From the NCBI RefSeq assembly GCF_958439165.2, contig NZ_CAXXQI010000004.1, forward strand, positions 14,135 to 78,134: 64,000 nucleotides of DNA. Direction: 5' to 3'. Source of the DNA: an uncultured Hydrogenophaga sp. GTDB lineage: Bacteria; Pseudomonadota; Gammaproteobacteria; Burkholderiales; Burkholderiaceae_C. The notes under the pieces are model-generated. The model was given only the letters and a program-made list of their open reading frames with translations. It did no database searches and was not told where the DNA came from. Position 1 is the first letter of the stretch. Each line of letters opens with the position of its first letter. This document shows positions 37,792 through 51,875 of this stretch, piece by piece. A program made the translations under genes and the position numbers.

Positions 37792-37885
37792 GCGCGGGCG
37801 GGACCACAGGTCTCACCGGTCGGGCGCAGACGATCTGCGGCAGCGGGTGAGCCGGCCATTTTAAGGCTCGGGGCCACCGGCCGCC

Positions 37886-38173
37886 TCAGGCCGGGAGAAG
37901 CGACTCCACGCCGTATAGGGCCAACAGGTCGCGCAGCCGGACGGGCAGCCCGGTCACCTGCAGCGCCTTTCCCTGCTCCTGCAGGTGTCGGCCCACCTCG
38001 AGGAGCACCGCCACGGCGGAAGAATCGAAATGCACCAACGCGGATGCGTCCACCGGCACGACAGGACCCGGCTGGGACGTCACGGCGAGCTGGAGGAGCT
38101 TGAGTGTGGCCGCTGCCTCGTCCAGGGTCAGGCGTTCAGGCAGGCGGGCCACAGGGGTCACGGGATCGGTCAC
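37886..38173 (-). CDS. mlaB: STAS-domain protein MlaB
   Basis: FDSSAVA, LYGV; last gene of mla operon. Confidence 0.85.
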   Translation of the reverse strand: MTDPVTPVARLPERLTLDEAAATLKLLQLAVTSQPGPVVPVDASALVHFDSSAVAVLLEVGRHLQEQGKALQVTGLPVRLRDLLALYGVESLLPA

Positions 38174-38189
38174 GGGAAGATCAGGGAAT

Positions 38190-38810
38190 TCAGCTGCGCG
38201 CGCTGTTGGCTTTGTTGCGCTGGGCCAGCGAGGTGATCAGGCCATCGATGCCTTTGGCCGAGATCTCCTGGGCAAACTGTGTGCGGTAGGTTTCCACCAG
38301 CCAGACGCCCAGCACGTTGATGTCGTAGATCTTCCAGCCGCCGGGGCTCTTCTCGAGGCGGTAGTCGAGCTGGATCGGCTCACCCTTGCCGCGAACCTCG
38401 CTGCGGACCACGACCTCGGTGTCGGCCGGCTGCATGCGCAGCGGCTTGAAGCTCAGGGTCTGGTCCTTGACCTCGCCGAGCGCGCCCGAGTAGGTGCGCA
38501 CCAGCAGTGTCTTGAACTCGTCCTGCAGCTTCTGCTGCTGCTCGGGGGTGGCCTGACGCCAGAAGCGGCCCACCGCGGAAGCGGTCATGCGCGTGAAGTT
38601 CACGTTGGGCATGATCCGGGTGTCGACCAGATTGACGATGCGGTTGATGTCGCCCGCCTGGATGGCCGGATCGGCCTTCACGGCGGTGAGCACCTCGCTG
38701 GAGATGCGTTTGACGAGCGCGTCGGGGGCCTCGTCGGCTGCGGCGGCAGGCAGGGCCCATGCGGCAGCGGACAGGGTGACGATGGCCAGCCAGGTACGGC
38801 GCTGGATCAT
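38190..38810 (-). CDS. mlaC: Phospholipid-binding periplasmic protein MlaC
   Basis: LVRTYS, DYRL, WKIYD, YRTQF. Confidence 0.93.
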   Translation of the reverse strand: MIQRRTWLAIVTLSAAAWALPAAAADEAPDALVKRISSEVLTAVKADPAIQAGDINRIVNLVDTRIMPNVNFTRMTASAVGRFWRQATPEQQQKLQDEFKTLLVRTYSGALGEVKDQTLSFKPLRMQPADTEVVVRSEVRGKGEPIQLDYRLEKSPGGWKIYDINVLGVWLVETYRTQFAQEISAKGIDGLITSLAQRNKANSARS

Positions 38811-38945
38811 GGAGATTCCTTTCGGTGGGAGCGACCCTGGTGGGGTCAAGCGCTCGGGATGTCGATGGTAGGTGTCGGACCGGCGAGCTTCGTGTCCGGT
38901 TCCCGGGTCATTCGTTGCGATTCGTTTCGACGCCGAAGGAAGTGA

Positions 38946-39680
38946 TCACTCACCATCTCCGATGCCGATGCCCTTGTCGATCATGCTGTCGATCTGATTC
39001 TGGCGCCGGTTGAGGTAGAAGTCGCGGGTGAAGCTGTACTTGTCGAGTGCGGCTTCCTCCAGCACATTGCCGGCGCCGAGCAGGCCGGCCCGGATGTCCA
39101 CCACTTCCAGCGCCCACAAAGCATTGCGGTTGGCCTTGTTGTCCAGCTGGTTGAGCGGGTCGGCAGCCAGGTCGACCACCAGACCGCCGGTGTCACGCAC
39201 CGACGAGGGGCCCAGGAAAGGCAGGACCACATACGGCCCGGACGGCACGCCCCAGCGACCCAGGGTCTGGCCAAAGTCGATCTTGGTGCGCGGGATGCCG
39301 GCCTCGCTGGCGATGTCCAGCACGCCGCCCAGCCCGAACACCGTATTGACGCTGAAACGCATCAGGTTCTCGCCCGCCTCCTTGGGCCGCAGCTGGAACA
39401 TGGCGTTGAAGGTCGACCACAGGTCACCCAGGTTCGAGAAGAAGTTGTTGACGCCGGTGCGCACCGGCTGCGGTGTGACCTCGACATACGCAGTGGCCAC
39501 CGGCTTGACCACGGCCGTGTCGACCGCGTCGTTGAAGCGGTACACGCCCCGGTTGAACGGCTCCAGCGGGTCGTTCGGATTGGCATCCGGTCCGGTCGCG
39601 CAGCCGGTCAGCAGCGCAGTCAGACCCGCCAGCAGGAACAGGTGCACGCGGCGAGCGATGAAATTCGTGAGGGTCATCAT
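38946..39680 (-). CDS. mlaA: Lipoprotein MlaA/VacJ
   Basis: LTGC lipobox, DPLEPFNR, DFGQTL, GPS.RD. Confidence 0.95.
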   Translation of the reverse strand: MMTLTNFIARRVHLFLLAGLTALLTGCATGPDANPNDPLEPFNRGVYRFNDAVDTAVVKPVATAYVEVTPQPVRTGVNNFFSNLGDLWSTFNAMFQLRPKEAGENLMRFSVNTVFGLGGVLDIASEAGIPRTKIDFGQTLGRWGVPSGPYVVLPFLGPSSVRDTGGLVVDLAADPLNQLDNKANRNALWALEVVDIRAGLLGAGNVLEEAALDKYSFTRDFYLNRRQNQIDSMIDKGIGIGDGE

Positions 39681-39707
39681 GGGGAGTCTCCGGGTACGAA
39701 AGCGGGC

Positions 39708-40187
39708 TTACTGGGACTCGTCGGCGGGTTTGCCTTCGGCAGCCTTGTTGAACAGGAACTGGCCGATCAGGTTCTCGAGAATGACGGCGGACTGGGTCTG
39801 GGTGATCACGGCCCCCTGGGCGATGTTCTCGGGATCGCCGCCCGGTTCGATGCCGATGTACTGCTCGCCCAGCAGACCGCTGGTGAGGATCTTCATGGAA
39901 CTGTCCTTCGGAAAGGCGTAGCGGGACTCCAGTGCCAGCACCACATTGCCCTGGAAGGTCTTGTCGTCGAAGGTGATGGCCTCGACCCGCCCGACGACCA
40001 CGCCGGCACTGCGGACCGCCGCTCGGGGCTTGAGACCGCCGATGTTGTCGAAACGGGCAGTCACCTTGTAGGTGGGTTCGAAGTTGAGGGACAGCAGGTT
40101 GGCCGACTGCAAAGCCAGAAACAGCAGGGCGGCCGCGCCGATCAGCACGAAGAGGCCGACCCAGACATCGTTCTTGGAAGTGTTCAT
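39708..40187 (-). CDS. mlaD: MCE protein MlaD
   Basis: FDNIGGLK, GVVVGRV, TSGLLGEQYI. Confidence 0.96.
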   Translation of the reverse strand: MNTSKNDVWVGLFVLIGAAALLFLALQSANLLSLNFEPTYKVTARFDNIGGLKPRAAVRSAGVVVGRVEAITFDDKTFQGNVVLALESRYAFPKDSSMKILTSGLLGEQYIGIEPGGDPENIAQGAVITQTQSAVILENLIGQFLFNKAAEGKPADESQ

Positions 40188-40206
40188 GGTGGACGGGTCC
40201 TGAAAA

Positions 40207-40989
40207 TCAGATGCTGAACATCATGGCGGTGAGGACGAAGTCGAGTCCGAGCACCGCGAGGGAGGCCACCACCACAGTGCGGGTGGTGGCACGCGAGACG
40301 CCTTCGGGCGTGGGCTGTGCCATGAAGCCCTGCAGCAGGGCCACGAAGGTGACGGTGAAGCCGAAGACGACGCTCTTGATGACGCCGTTGCCTACGTCGG
40401 CCCAGACATCGACGCCGCCTTGCATCTGGCTCCAGAAGGCCCCCGAATCGACGCCGATCATGAGCACGCCCACCACCCAGCCGCCGATGACACCGACCGC
40501 ACTGAACACGGCGGCCAGCAGCGGCAGGGTGATCACGCCGGCCCAGAAGCGCGGCGCCAGCACCCGCTTTACCGGGTCGACCGCCATCATCTCCATGGCG
40601 CTGAGCTGCTCGCCGGCCTTCATCAGGCCGATCTCGGCGGTGAGCGAGGTGCCGGCCCGGCCGGCAAACAGCAGCGCGCTGACCACCGGCCCGAGCTCCC
40701 GCACCAGGGAAAGCGCCACCAGCAGACCCAGCGCCTCGGTGGCTCCGTAACGCTGCAGCGTGTAGTAGCCCTGCAGCCCCAGCACGAAGCCGACGAACAG
40801 GCCCGAGACGCCAATGATGGCCAGCGAATAGTTGCCCAGGAAATGGATCTGGTCGCGAACCAGACCGAAACGGCGCAGGCTGGGACCGATGAGCGCCAGC
40901 AGGCGGATGAACAGGCGTGCGGCCAGGCCGATGCCGGCCAGCTGCAAGCGCACGGCTCGACCCACGCGGGCGGGATGCAGGGCCTTCAT
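40207..40989 (-). CDS. mlaE: Permease MlaE
   Basis: RELGPV, AEIGLM..EQ, GVSRATT. Confidence 0.96.
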   Translation of the reverse strand: MKALHPARVGRAVRLQLAGIGLAARLFIRLLALIGPSLRRFGLVRDQIHFLGNYSLAIIGVSGLFVGFVLGLQGYYTLQRYGATEALGLLVALSLVRELGPVVSALLFAGRAGTSLTAEIGLMKAGEQLSAMEMMAVDPVKRVLAPRFWAGVITLPLLAAVFSAVGVIGGWVVGVLMIGVDSGAFWSQMQGGVDVWADVGNGVIKSVVFGFTVTFVALLQGFMAQPTPEGVSRATTRTVVVASLAVLGLDFVLTAMMFSI

Positions 40990-41804
40990 GTGCGGCCTCC
41001 CGGCCCGAAATCGGCCGCGAGGTCGGGCGCCGGATGGTGGAACCGCACCGGACCGTCCGGCAGGGCATTGACGAACTGGTGCACCAGCGGGTCGGTGCTG
41101 TTGCGCACCTCGTCGGGCGTGCCCTGGGCCGCGATGCGGCCGTTGGCCAGCACGACGACCTGGTCGGCAATGTGGAAGGTCTCGTCCAGATCGTGCGAGA
41201 CCACGATGCTGGTCAGGCCCATGGCGTCGTTGAGCTGGCGGATGAGCCGGGCCGCCGTGCCCAGCGAGATCGGGTCGAGGCCGGCAAAGGGCTCGTCGTA
41301 CATGATCAGTTCGGGGTCCAGGGCAATGGCCCGGGCGAGTGCCACACGACGCGCCATGCCGCCCGACAGCTCGCTGGGCATCAGGTGGCGTGCACCGCGC
41401 AGGCCCACGGCATTGAGCTTCATGAGCACGATGTCGCGCACCATCGACTCGGGCAGCGTGGTGTGCTCGCGCAGCGGGAAGGCCACGTTGTCAAAGACGC
41501 TCATGTCGGTGAACAGCGCGCCGAACTGGAACAGCATGCCCATGCGGCGCCGCGATGCGTACAGCCTTGCGGGGTCCATGGTGGTGACGTCGGCGCCGTC
41601 GAACAGTGTCTGACCCTGGCTGGCCCGGATCTGCCCGCCGATGAGGCGCAGCACCGTGGTCTTGCCACCGCCGGAGGCGCCCATGAGCGCCGTAACCTTG
41701 CCGCGCGGCACGGTCAGGGAAATGCCGTCCAGGATGACGCGTTCACCGTAGCCGAAGGTGACGCCGCGCAGTTCGACGAGAGGGGGTGCGATGGTGGTGC
41801 TCAT
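40986..41804 (-). CDS. mlaF: ABC ATPase MlaF
   Basis: [31 protein letters not shown]. Confidence 0.95.
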   Translation of the reverse strand: MSTTIAPPLVELRGVTFGYGERVILDGISLTVPRGKVTALMGASGGGKTTVLRLIGGQIRASQGQTLFDGADVTTMDPARLYASRRRMGMLFQFGALFTDMSVFDNVAFPLREHTTLPESMVRDIVLMKLNAVGLRGARHLMPSELSGGMARRVALARAIALDPELIMYDEPFAGLDPISLGTAARLIRQLNDAMGLTSIVVSHDLDETFHIADQVVVLANGRIAAQGTPDEVRNSTDPLVHQFVNALPDGPVRFHHPAPDLAADFGPGGRT

Positions 41805-41892
41805 CAATGAAAAGCCGGGCTTGGGAACCCGGCTCTTCATGATAAGGGATGCGGGATAACCCGGTAGGCCGGGTCCCCGCGGTGGCACGGGC

Positions 41893-43359
41893 TCAGCGCG
41901 GCAGGTCGGAGTGACCCATCAGGAACTCGTCCACGGCACGGGCGGCCTGACGCCCTTCGCGGATGGCCCAGACCACCAGGGACTGGCCGCGGCGGATGTC
42001 ACCGGCCGCAAACACTTTGTTCACATTGGTCACGTAACCACCGGTGAACTCGGTGCTGGCACGGGCGTTGCCCCGACCGTCCTTGTCGATGCCGAAAGTG
42101 TCGAGCACCGAGGCCACCGGGCTCACAAAGCCCATGGCCAGCAGCACCAGGTCGGCCTGGTATTCCTTCTCGGTGCCCGGGATCTCGACCAGCTTGCCGT
42201 CCTTCATCTCGACATGCACCGTCTTCAGGCCGGTCAGCTTGCCGTTCTTGCCGATGAACTCCTTGGTCGAGACCGCGAACTCGCGCTGGCAGCCTTCTTC
42301 GTGGCTGGAGCTGGTGCGCAGCTTGAGCGGCCAGTACGGCCACACCATCGGCTTGTTCTCCTGCTCGGGCGGCTGGGGCATCACCTCGAACTGGGTCACG
42401 CTGACCGCGCCGTGGCGGTTGCTGGTGCCCACGCAGTCGGAGCCGGTATCGCCGCCGCCGATCACGATGACGTGCTTGCCGTCGGCGCGGATCTGGCCCT
42501 TGAGCTTGTCGCCAGCGTTGACCTTGTTCTGCATCGGCAGGAATTCCATGGCGAAGTGCACGCCGTCCAGATCCCGACCGGGCACCGGCAGATCGCGGCT
42601 CTGTTCGGCACCGCCGCACAGCAGCACGGCGTCGAATTCGCTGCGCAGCTGCTCGGGCGAGATGGTTTCCTTGGCCCAGTTGGTGACCTTGCTGCCCTCG
42701 GGCAGCTGGCCGACCATGACGCCGGTCCGGAAGGTCACGCCTTCGGCCTGCATCTGCTCGACGCGGCGGTCGATGTGCGACTTCTCCATCTTGAAGTCGG
42801 GAATGCCGTAGCGCAGCAGGCCACCGACGCGGTCGTTCTTCTCGAACACGGTCACGTCATGACCCGCACGGGCCAGCTGCTGGGCCGCGGCCATGCCGGC
42901 CGGGCCGGAGCCGACCACAGCGACCTTCTTGCCGGTCTTGTGGCGCGGCGGCTGCGGCTTGACCCAGCCTTCGTTCCACGCGCGGTCGATGATGGCGTGC
43001 TCGATCGACTTGATGCCCACCGCATCGTCGTTGACGTTGAGCGTGCAGGCCGCTTCGCACGGTGCCGGGCAGATGCGGCCGGTGAACTCGGGGAAGTTGT
43101 TGGTGCTGTGCAGCACGGTGATGGCGTTCTGCCAGTCACCGTCAAACACCAGGTTGTTGAAATCCGGAATGATGTTGTTGACCGGGCAGCCGTTGTTGCA
43201 GAACGGGGTGCCGCAGTCCATGCAGCGCGCCGCCTGGATCTTCGACTGCTCGGCGGTCAGGCCGATGACGAATTCCTTGTAGTGCTTCACACGTTCCGGA
43301 ACGGGCTTGTAGCCCTCTTCCAGTCGCTCGAATTCCATGAAGCCGGTGACTTTTCCCAT
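41893..43359 (-). CDS. gltD: Glutamate synthase small subunit
   Basis: [38 protein letters not shown]. Confidence 0.97.
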   Translation of the reverse strand: MGKVTGFMEFERLEEGYKPVPERVKHYKEFVIGLTAEQSKIQAARCMDCGTPFCNNGCPVNNIIPDFNNLVFDGDWQNAITVLHSTNNFPEFTGRICPAPCEAACTLNVNDDAVGIKSIEHAIIDRAWNEGWVKPQPPRHKTGKKVAVVGSGPAGMAAAQQLARAGHDVTVFEKNDRVGGLLRYGIPDFKMEKSHIDRRVEQMQAEGVTFRTGVMVGQLPEGSKVTNWAKETISPEQLRSEFDAVLLCGGAEQSRDLPVPGRDLDGVHFAMEFLPMQNKVNAGDKLKGQIRADGKHVIVIGGGDTGSDCVGTSNRHGAVSVTQFEVMPQPPEQENKPMVWPYWPLKLRTSSSHEEGCQREFAVSTKEFIGKNGKLTGLKTVHVEMKDGKLVEIPGTEKEYQADLVLLAMGFVSPVASVLDTFGIDKDGRGNARASTEFTGGYVTNVNKVFAAGDIRRGQSLVVWAIREGRQAARAVDEFLMGHSDLPR

Positions 43360-43394
43360 GGTGATGGTCCTTCGTGGGTCGGTGCTGTTTCGGT

Positions 43395-48122
<4,728 letters not shown>

Positions 48123-48185
48123 GGCGCTTCCTTTGTTCGGTGTGGGCGTGCAGACGCAAAAACGGGAGGTCGGAGCATATTGCAA

Positions 48186-48201
48186 TGCAACACGCATGCC
48201 A
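48186..48201 (-). promoter_or_regulatory. Sigma54 (-24/-12) promoter candidate for gltBD
   Basis: TGGCATG-CGTG-TTGCA with exact GG-N10-GC spacing, 64 bp upstream of gltB. Confidence 0.6.
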
Positions 48202-48210
48202 AGCCGAATT

Positions 48211-48276
48211 AAATGGGGTCAGACACTTAAATAAAAGCTAATTTTGATCAGTCCCCATCAATTGGGGACAGATACT
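48211..48276. repeat. 17-bp imperfect direct repeat with GGGG(T/A)CAGA core, plus a hairpin
   Basis: AAATGGGGTCAGACACT (48211-48227) vs AATTGGGGACAGATACT (48260-48276), 14/17 identical; GTCCCCA-TCAAT-TGGGGAC hairpin at 48251-48269. Confidence 0.6.
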
Positions 48277-48979
48277 GGTCGGGGCTTTCCGACGACGGCC
48301 CCCGTGGCCGCCCGGGCCGACCCCGGCTCAGACGACGTCCGGTCCGGCGCTGAAGTTCGGCCAGGTGACCCTCGTCGCCCCAGGCCCAGCCATGCAGCGC
48401 TGCATCGACCAGCGACTTTTCACGATCCGCACCGAGACCCGCCCTGACCGAACTGGCGTAGGCCGCTTCCCGAGCGAACGGGGTGTTGCCCAACGCCCAG
48501 TAAACGGACGGGGGCGCCAGATGCCGGTGCATCGCCGTGCCGGCGTAGTGCGCATGACTCGACCATGGGTAAGCGCCGGGCTCGGCAGCCAGCCCCAGAC
48601 GGACCGGATGGAGATCGAGGTAGACCATGCAGTCCAGCAGGTGCCGATCCGGCTGGACCAGGGTGCTGCGGTACCGCCCTTCCCACAGGGTGCCACTGCG
48701 CTGGTGCCGGTCGTTGAAGTGCCGTACATGGCTGCGCCCCAGTGCCTGCATCATCTTCGGCACGCCCTCGCCGGTATCGGGCGTGATCAGCAGATGGAAG
48801 TGGTTGTCGACGATGACCCAGGCGTGCAGGGCCACCCGGTGGTTGCGGGCCTGCTGGATGATCGCCTGAAGCAGGTGTTCGCGATCGGCATCGTCACGGA
48901 CGATGGCCTGCCGGTCATTGCCGCGCAACACCACGTGGTGGGGTTCACCGGCCAGGGTGAGTCGGGGCTGGCGGGCCAT
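48248..48979 (-). CDS. HUH Y1 transposase-like protein (IS200/REP-associated tyrosine transposase family)
   Basis: MAR.PR start, HHV..RGN.RQ, NHFHLL (HUH), GTLWEGRY, catalytic-Tyr motif YLDLHPVR, YPWSS. Confidence 0.9.
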   Translation of the reverse strand: MARQPRLTLAGEPHHVVLRGNDRQAIVRDDADREHLLQAIIQQARNHRVALHAWVIVDNHFHLLITPDTGEGVPKMMQALGRSHVRHFNDRHQRSGTLWEGRYRSTLVQPDRHLLDCMVYLDLHPVRLGLAAEPGAYPWSSHAHYAGTAMHRHLAPPSVYWALGNTPFAREAAYASSVRAGLGADREKSLVDAALHGWAWGDEGHLAELQRRTGRRLSRGRPGRPRGPSSESPDQYLSPIDGD

Positions 48980-48989
48980 GGCGACGAAC

Positions 48990-50159
48990 TCAGGGGAACA
49001 GGGTCGCGCCGGACAGCCGCTCGTGCTCCCGGATCGCAAAGCGGTCGGTCATGCCGGCGATGTAGTCGGCCACGGCGCGCGGCAGGTGATCCCGGCTGGC
49101 ATGGGCCTCTGGCAGCTGCGCCGGATCGGACAGATAGGCATCGAACAGATCGCTCACCACCTGCCGTGCGCGTCCGGTGGTCTCCATGACTTTCGGGTGG
49201 CGATACAGATTGCGCAGGAGGAATGTCTTGAGCGTCTGGCTGCGCTGGCGCATGTCGGCCGAAAACGTCACCAGAGTCCGACTGCGCCGCACCTCTTCCA
49301 GCGTCGCGACGCCGGCTGCCTCCAGCGAGAGGCGGGTCGAATCGATCACGTCGTAGACCTGATCGCTCAGCATCAACCGGATCGACTCGAACAACAGCCG
49401 CCGGCCGCCCAGCCCAGGGTGGGCCTTGAGGGCGCGTCGGCGGTAATCGTCGAACAGCGGAACCTGCTCCAGCTGCTCGAGGGTGATCAGCCCCGAGCGG
49501 ACGCCGTCGTCGATGTCGTGAGCGTTGTAGGCGATCTCGTCAGCCAGGTTGCACAACTGCGCCTCCAGCGAAGGCGAGCCGCCTGTCAGGAACCGGTTTG
49601 CGACTCCCTCCGGTTCCATGACCTCCAGCCGCTGCGCATTGGCGCGCGAACAATGCTTGAGGATGCCCTCACGCGTCTCGAAGGAGAGGTTCAGCCCGTC
49701 GAACGCAGGGTAGCGCTCCTCCAGCTCATCGACCACCCGCAAGCTCTGCAGGTTGTGCTCGAAACCCCATCCATCGCCGGCCCCGCCCTGGTCGATGCAG
49801 CGCTGCATGCTGTCGTGCAACGCATCCTGGCCGGCATGACCGAACGGCGTATGGCCCAGGTCATGGGCCAGCGCAATCGCCTCGACCAGGTCCTCGTTGA
49901 GTCGCAGGGAGCGGGCGATCGACCGACCCAGCTGCGCGACCTCCAGCGAGTGCGTCAGCCGGGTACGGAACAGGTCGCCCTCGTGGTTGAGGAAGACCTG
50001 GGTTTTGTAGACCAGACGTCGGAACGCCGTGGAGTGGATGACACGGTCGCGGTCGCGCTGGAACGCCGACCGGGTCGGCGCCGGGGCCTCGGGGTGCCGG
50101 CGGCCGAACGACCGGGCGGGATCACACGCCCGGGGATCCAGACCGGCGCCGGCGGTCAT
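48990..50159 (-). CDS. dgt: dGTP triphosphohydrolase-like HD protein
   Basis: [41 protein letters not shown]. Confidence 0.95.
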   Translation of the reverse strand: MTAGAGLDPRACDPARSFGRRHPEAPAPTRSAFQRDRDRVIHSTAFRRLVYKTQVFLNHEGDLFRTRLTHSLEVAQLGRSIARSLRLNEDLVEAIALAHDLGHTPFGHAGQDALHDSMQRCIDQGGAGDGWGFEHNLQSLRVVDELEERYPAFDGLNLSFETREGILKHCSRANAQRLEVMEPEGVANRFLTGGSPSLEAQLCNLADEIAYNAHDIDDGVRSGLITLEQLEQVPLFDDYRRRALKAHPGLGGRRLLFESIRLMLSDQVYDVIDSTRLSLEAAGVATLEEVRRSRTLVTFSADMRQRSQTLKTFLLRNLYRHPKVMETTGRARQVVSDLFDAYLSDPAQLPEAHASRDHLPRAVADYIAGMTDRFAIREHERLSGATLFP

Positions 50160-51277
50160 GGAGCAGTGGAGGCGGCGATCACACCGGCTACCGTCTCGTC
50201 GGGGGCGGGACACATCACGGCCTGGCCGGGTGGATCGATGAGCACGAAGCGGATCTCCCCTGCCTCCGCCTTCTTGTCCACCCGCATCAGCGACAGCCAG
50301 CGCCCGGCGTTGTCGTTCGTATCCAGCACGGGTGCCACGCTGGGCAGACCGGCTCTTTCGACCAAGGCGCGCAGGCGGGGCACGAAGGCACTGTCCACCC
50401 TGCCCAGCGCCTCCGACAGACGCGCAGCCATGACCATGCCGCAACCCACGGCCTCACCGTGCAGCCAGGCTCCGTAGCCCATGCCGGCCTCGATGGCGTG
50501 ACCGAAGGTGTGTCCGAAGTTCAGGATGGCTCGAAGCCCCGACTCGCGTTCGTCCTGCCCCACCACGTGGGCCTTGATCTCGCAGCTGCGCCTGACCGCC
50601 TTCGCCAGGGCCGTTGGCTCCCGGGCCACGAGGGCATCGATGTTCGCTTCGATCCAGTCCATGAAGTCCATGTCGGCGATCGGACCGTACTTGATGACCT
50701 CGGCCAGCCCTGCACTCAGCTCCCGGTCCGGGAGCGTCTGCAGGGTGTCCAGATCACAGATCACGCGCAGCGGCTGGTAGAAGGCGCCGATCATGTTCTT
50801 GCCCAGCGGATGGTTGATCGCGGTCTTCCCCCCCACGGACGAATCGACCTGCGCCAGCAAGGTGGTGGGTACCTGCACAAAAGGCACACCCCGCATGTAG
50901 CTCGCAGCGGCAAAACCGGTCATGTCGCCGATCACGCCGCCACCCAGGGCATAAAGCACCGTCTTGCGGTCACATGCCGCACCCAGGAGCGCATCGAAGA
51001 TGCGCTGCAGCGTCGCCCAGTCCTTGTGGACTTCTCCATCGGGCAACACGACATGCAGGACGCGTGCGTGACGCGCCTTCAGGATGGCTTCCAGCTTCGC
51101 GAGGTACAGCGGCGCCACGACGGTGTTGGTGACGATCATGGCGGTACCGCCCGACGGCAATCCGTCAAAGCTGTCAGGCCGGTTCAAGAGACCGGCGCCG
51201 ATCAGGATGTCGTAACTGCGCTCCGCCAGATCGATGCGCACGGATTCGCGGGTGGGTGGGCTGTCCGAGGTGTCCAT
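50156..51277 (-). CDS. aroB: 3-dehydroquinate synthase
   Basis: [38 protein letters not shown]. Confidence 0.97.
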   Translation of the reverse strand: MDTSDSPPTRESVRIDLAERSYDILIGAGLLNRPDSFDGLPSGGTAMIVTNTVVAPLYLAKLEAILKARHARVLHVVLPDGEVHKDWATLQRIFDALLGAACDRKTVLYALGGGVIGDMTGFAAASYMRGVPFVQVPTTLLAQVDSSVGGKTAINHPLGKNMIGAFYQPLRVICDLDTLQTLPDRELSAGLAEVIKYGPIADMDFMDWIEANIDALVAREPTALAKAVRRSCEIKAHVVGQDERESGLRAILNFGHTFGHAIEAGMGYGAWLHGEAVGCGMVMAARLSEALGRVDSAFVPRLRALVERAGLPSVAPVLDTNDNAGRWLSLMRVDKKAEAGEIRFVLIDPPGQAVMCPAPDETVAGVIAASTAP

Positions 51278-51338
51278 CCCGCGAGTGTAGGGGTTCGACG
51301 GCCCCCGGATCGATATCGGGGTCAGAGTCGAGCGGCGG

Positions 51339-51875
51339 TCACTGGCGCTGTTGACCGATGTCCGACATGTCGAGCTGCATCACGATCATGTTCACCAAGG
51401 TGGGAACCGATGGGCGCCCGGTGTCGATCGTGAAGTGGGCCGTCTCCTCGTAGAGCGGGTCGCGTTGCGTGTGCAGATCGCGGATCTTCTGCAGCGGATC
51501 GTCCACTTGCAGCAGCGGACGGTTTCGGTCATGCCGGACGCGTCGGAACACCTCTTCCGGCGATGAACGCAGATACACGACCAGCGTGTTCTCGTGCAGG
51601 GCACGCCGATTCGACTCCCTCAGGACAGACCCTCCGCCGGTGGACAGCACCTTGGGCTCACCACCGGCCAGCAAACTGATCACCTCCGATTCGATGTCAC
51701 GAAACCGGTCCTCACCTTGCTCGCGGAAGAACTCGCCGATCGCACAGCCGATGCGTTGCTCGATGACGTGATCCGAATCGAAAAAAGGCAGCCCGAGCCT
51801 TCGCGCGAGCTGCCTTCCGATGGTCGACTTGCCCGATCCGGGCAGGCCGACGAGGGCTACGGTGCGGACCGTCAA
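51339..51875 (-). CDS. aroK: Shikimate kinase
   Basis: [23 protein letters not shown]. Confidence 0.96.
   Translation of the reverse strand: MTVRTVALVGLPGSGKSTIGRQLARRLGLPFFDSDHVIEQRIGCAIGEFFREQGEDRFRDIESEVISLLAGGEPKVLSTGGGSVLRESNRRALHENTLVVYLRSSPEEVFRRVRHDRNRPLLQVDDPLQKIRDLHTQRDPLYEETAHFTIDTGRPSVPTLVNMIVMQLDMSDIGQQRQ

Noticed and set aside
48990-50159. dgt as an anti-phage dGTPase island
   Set aside because: It sits in the usual aroK-aroB-dgt housekeeping context with no defence genes nearby
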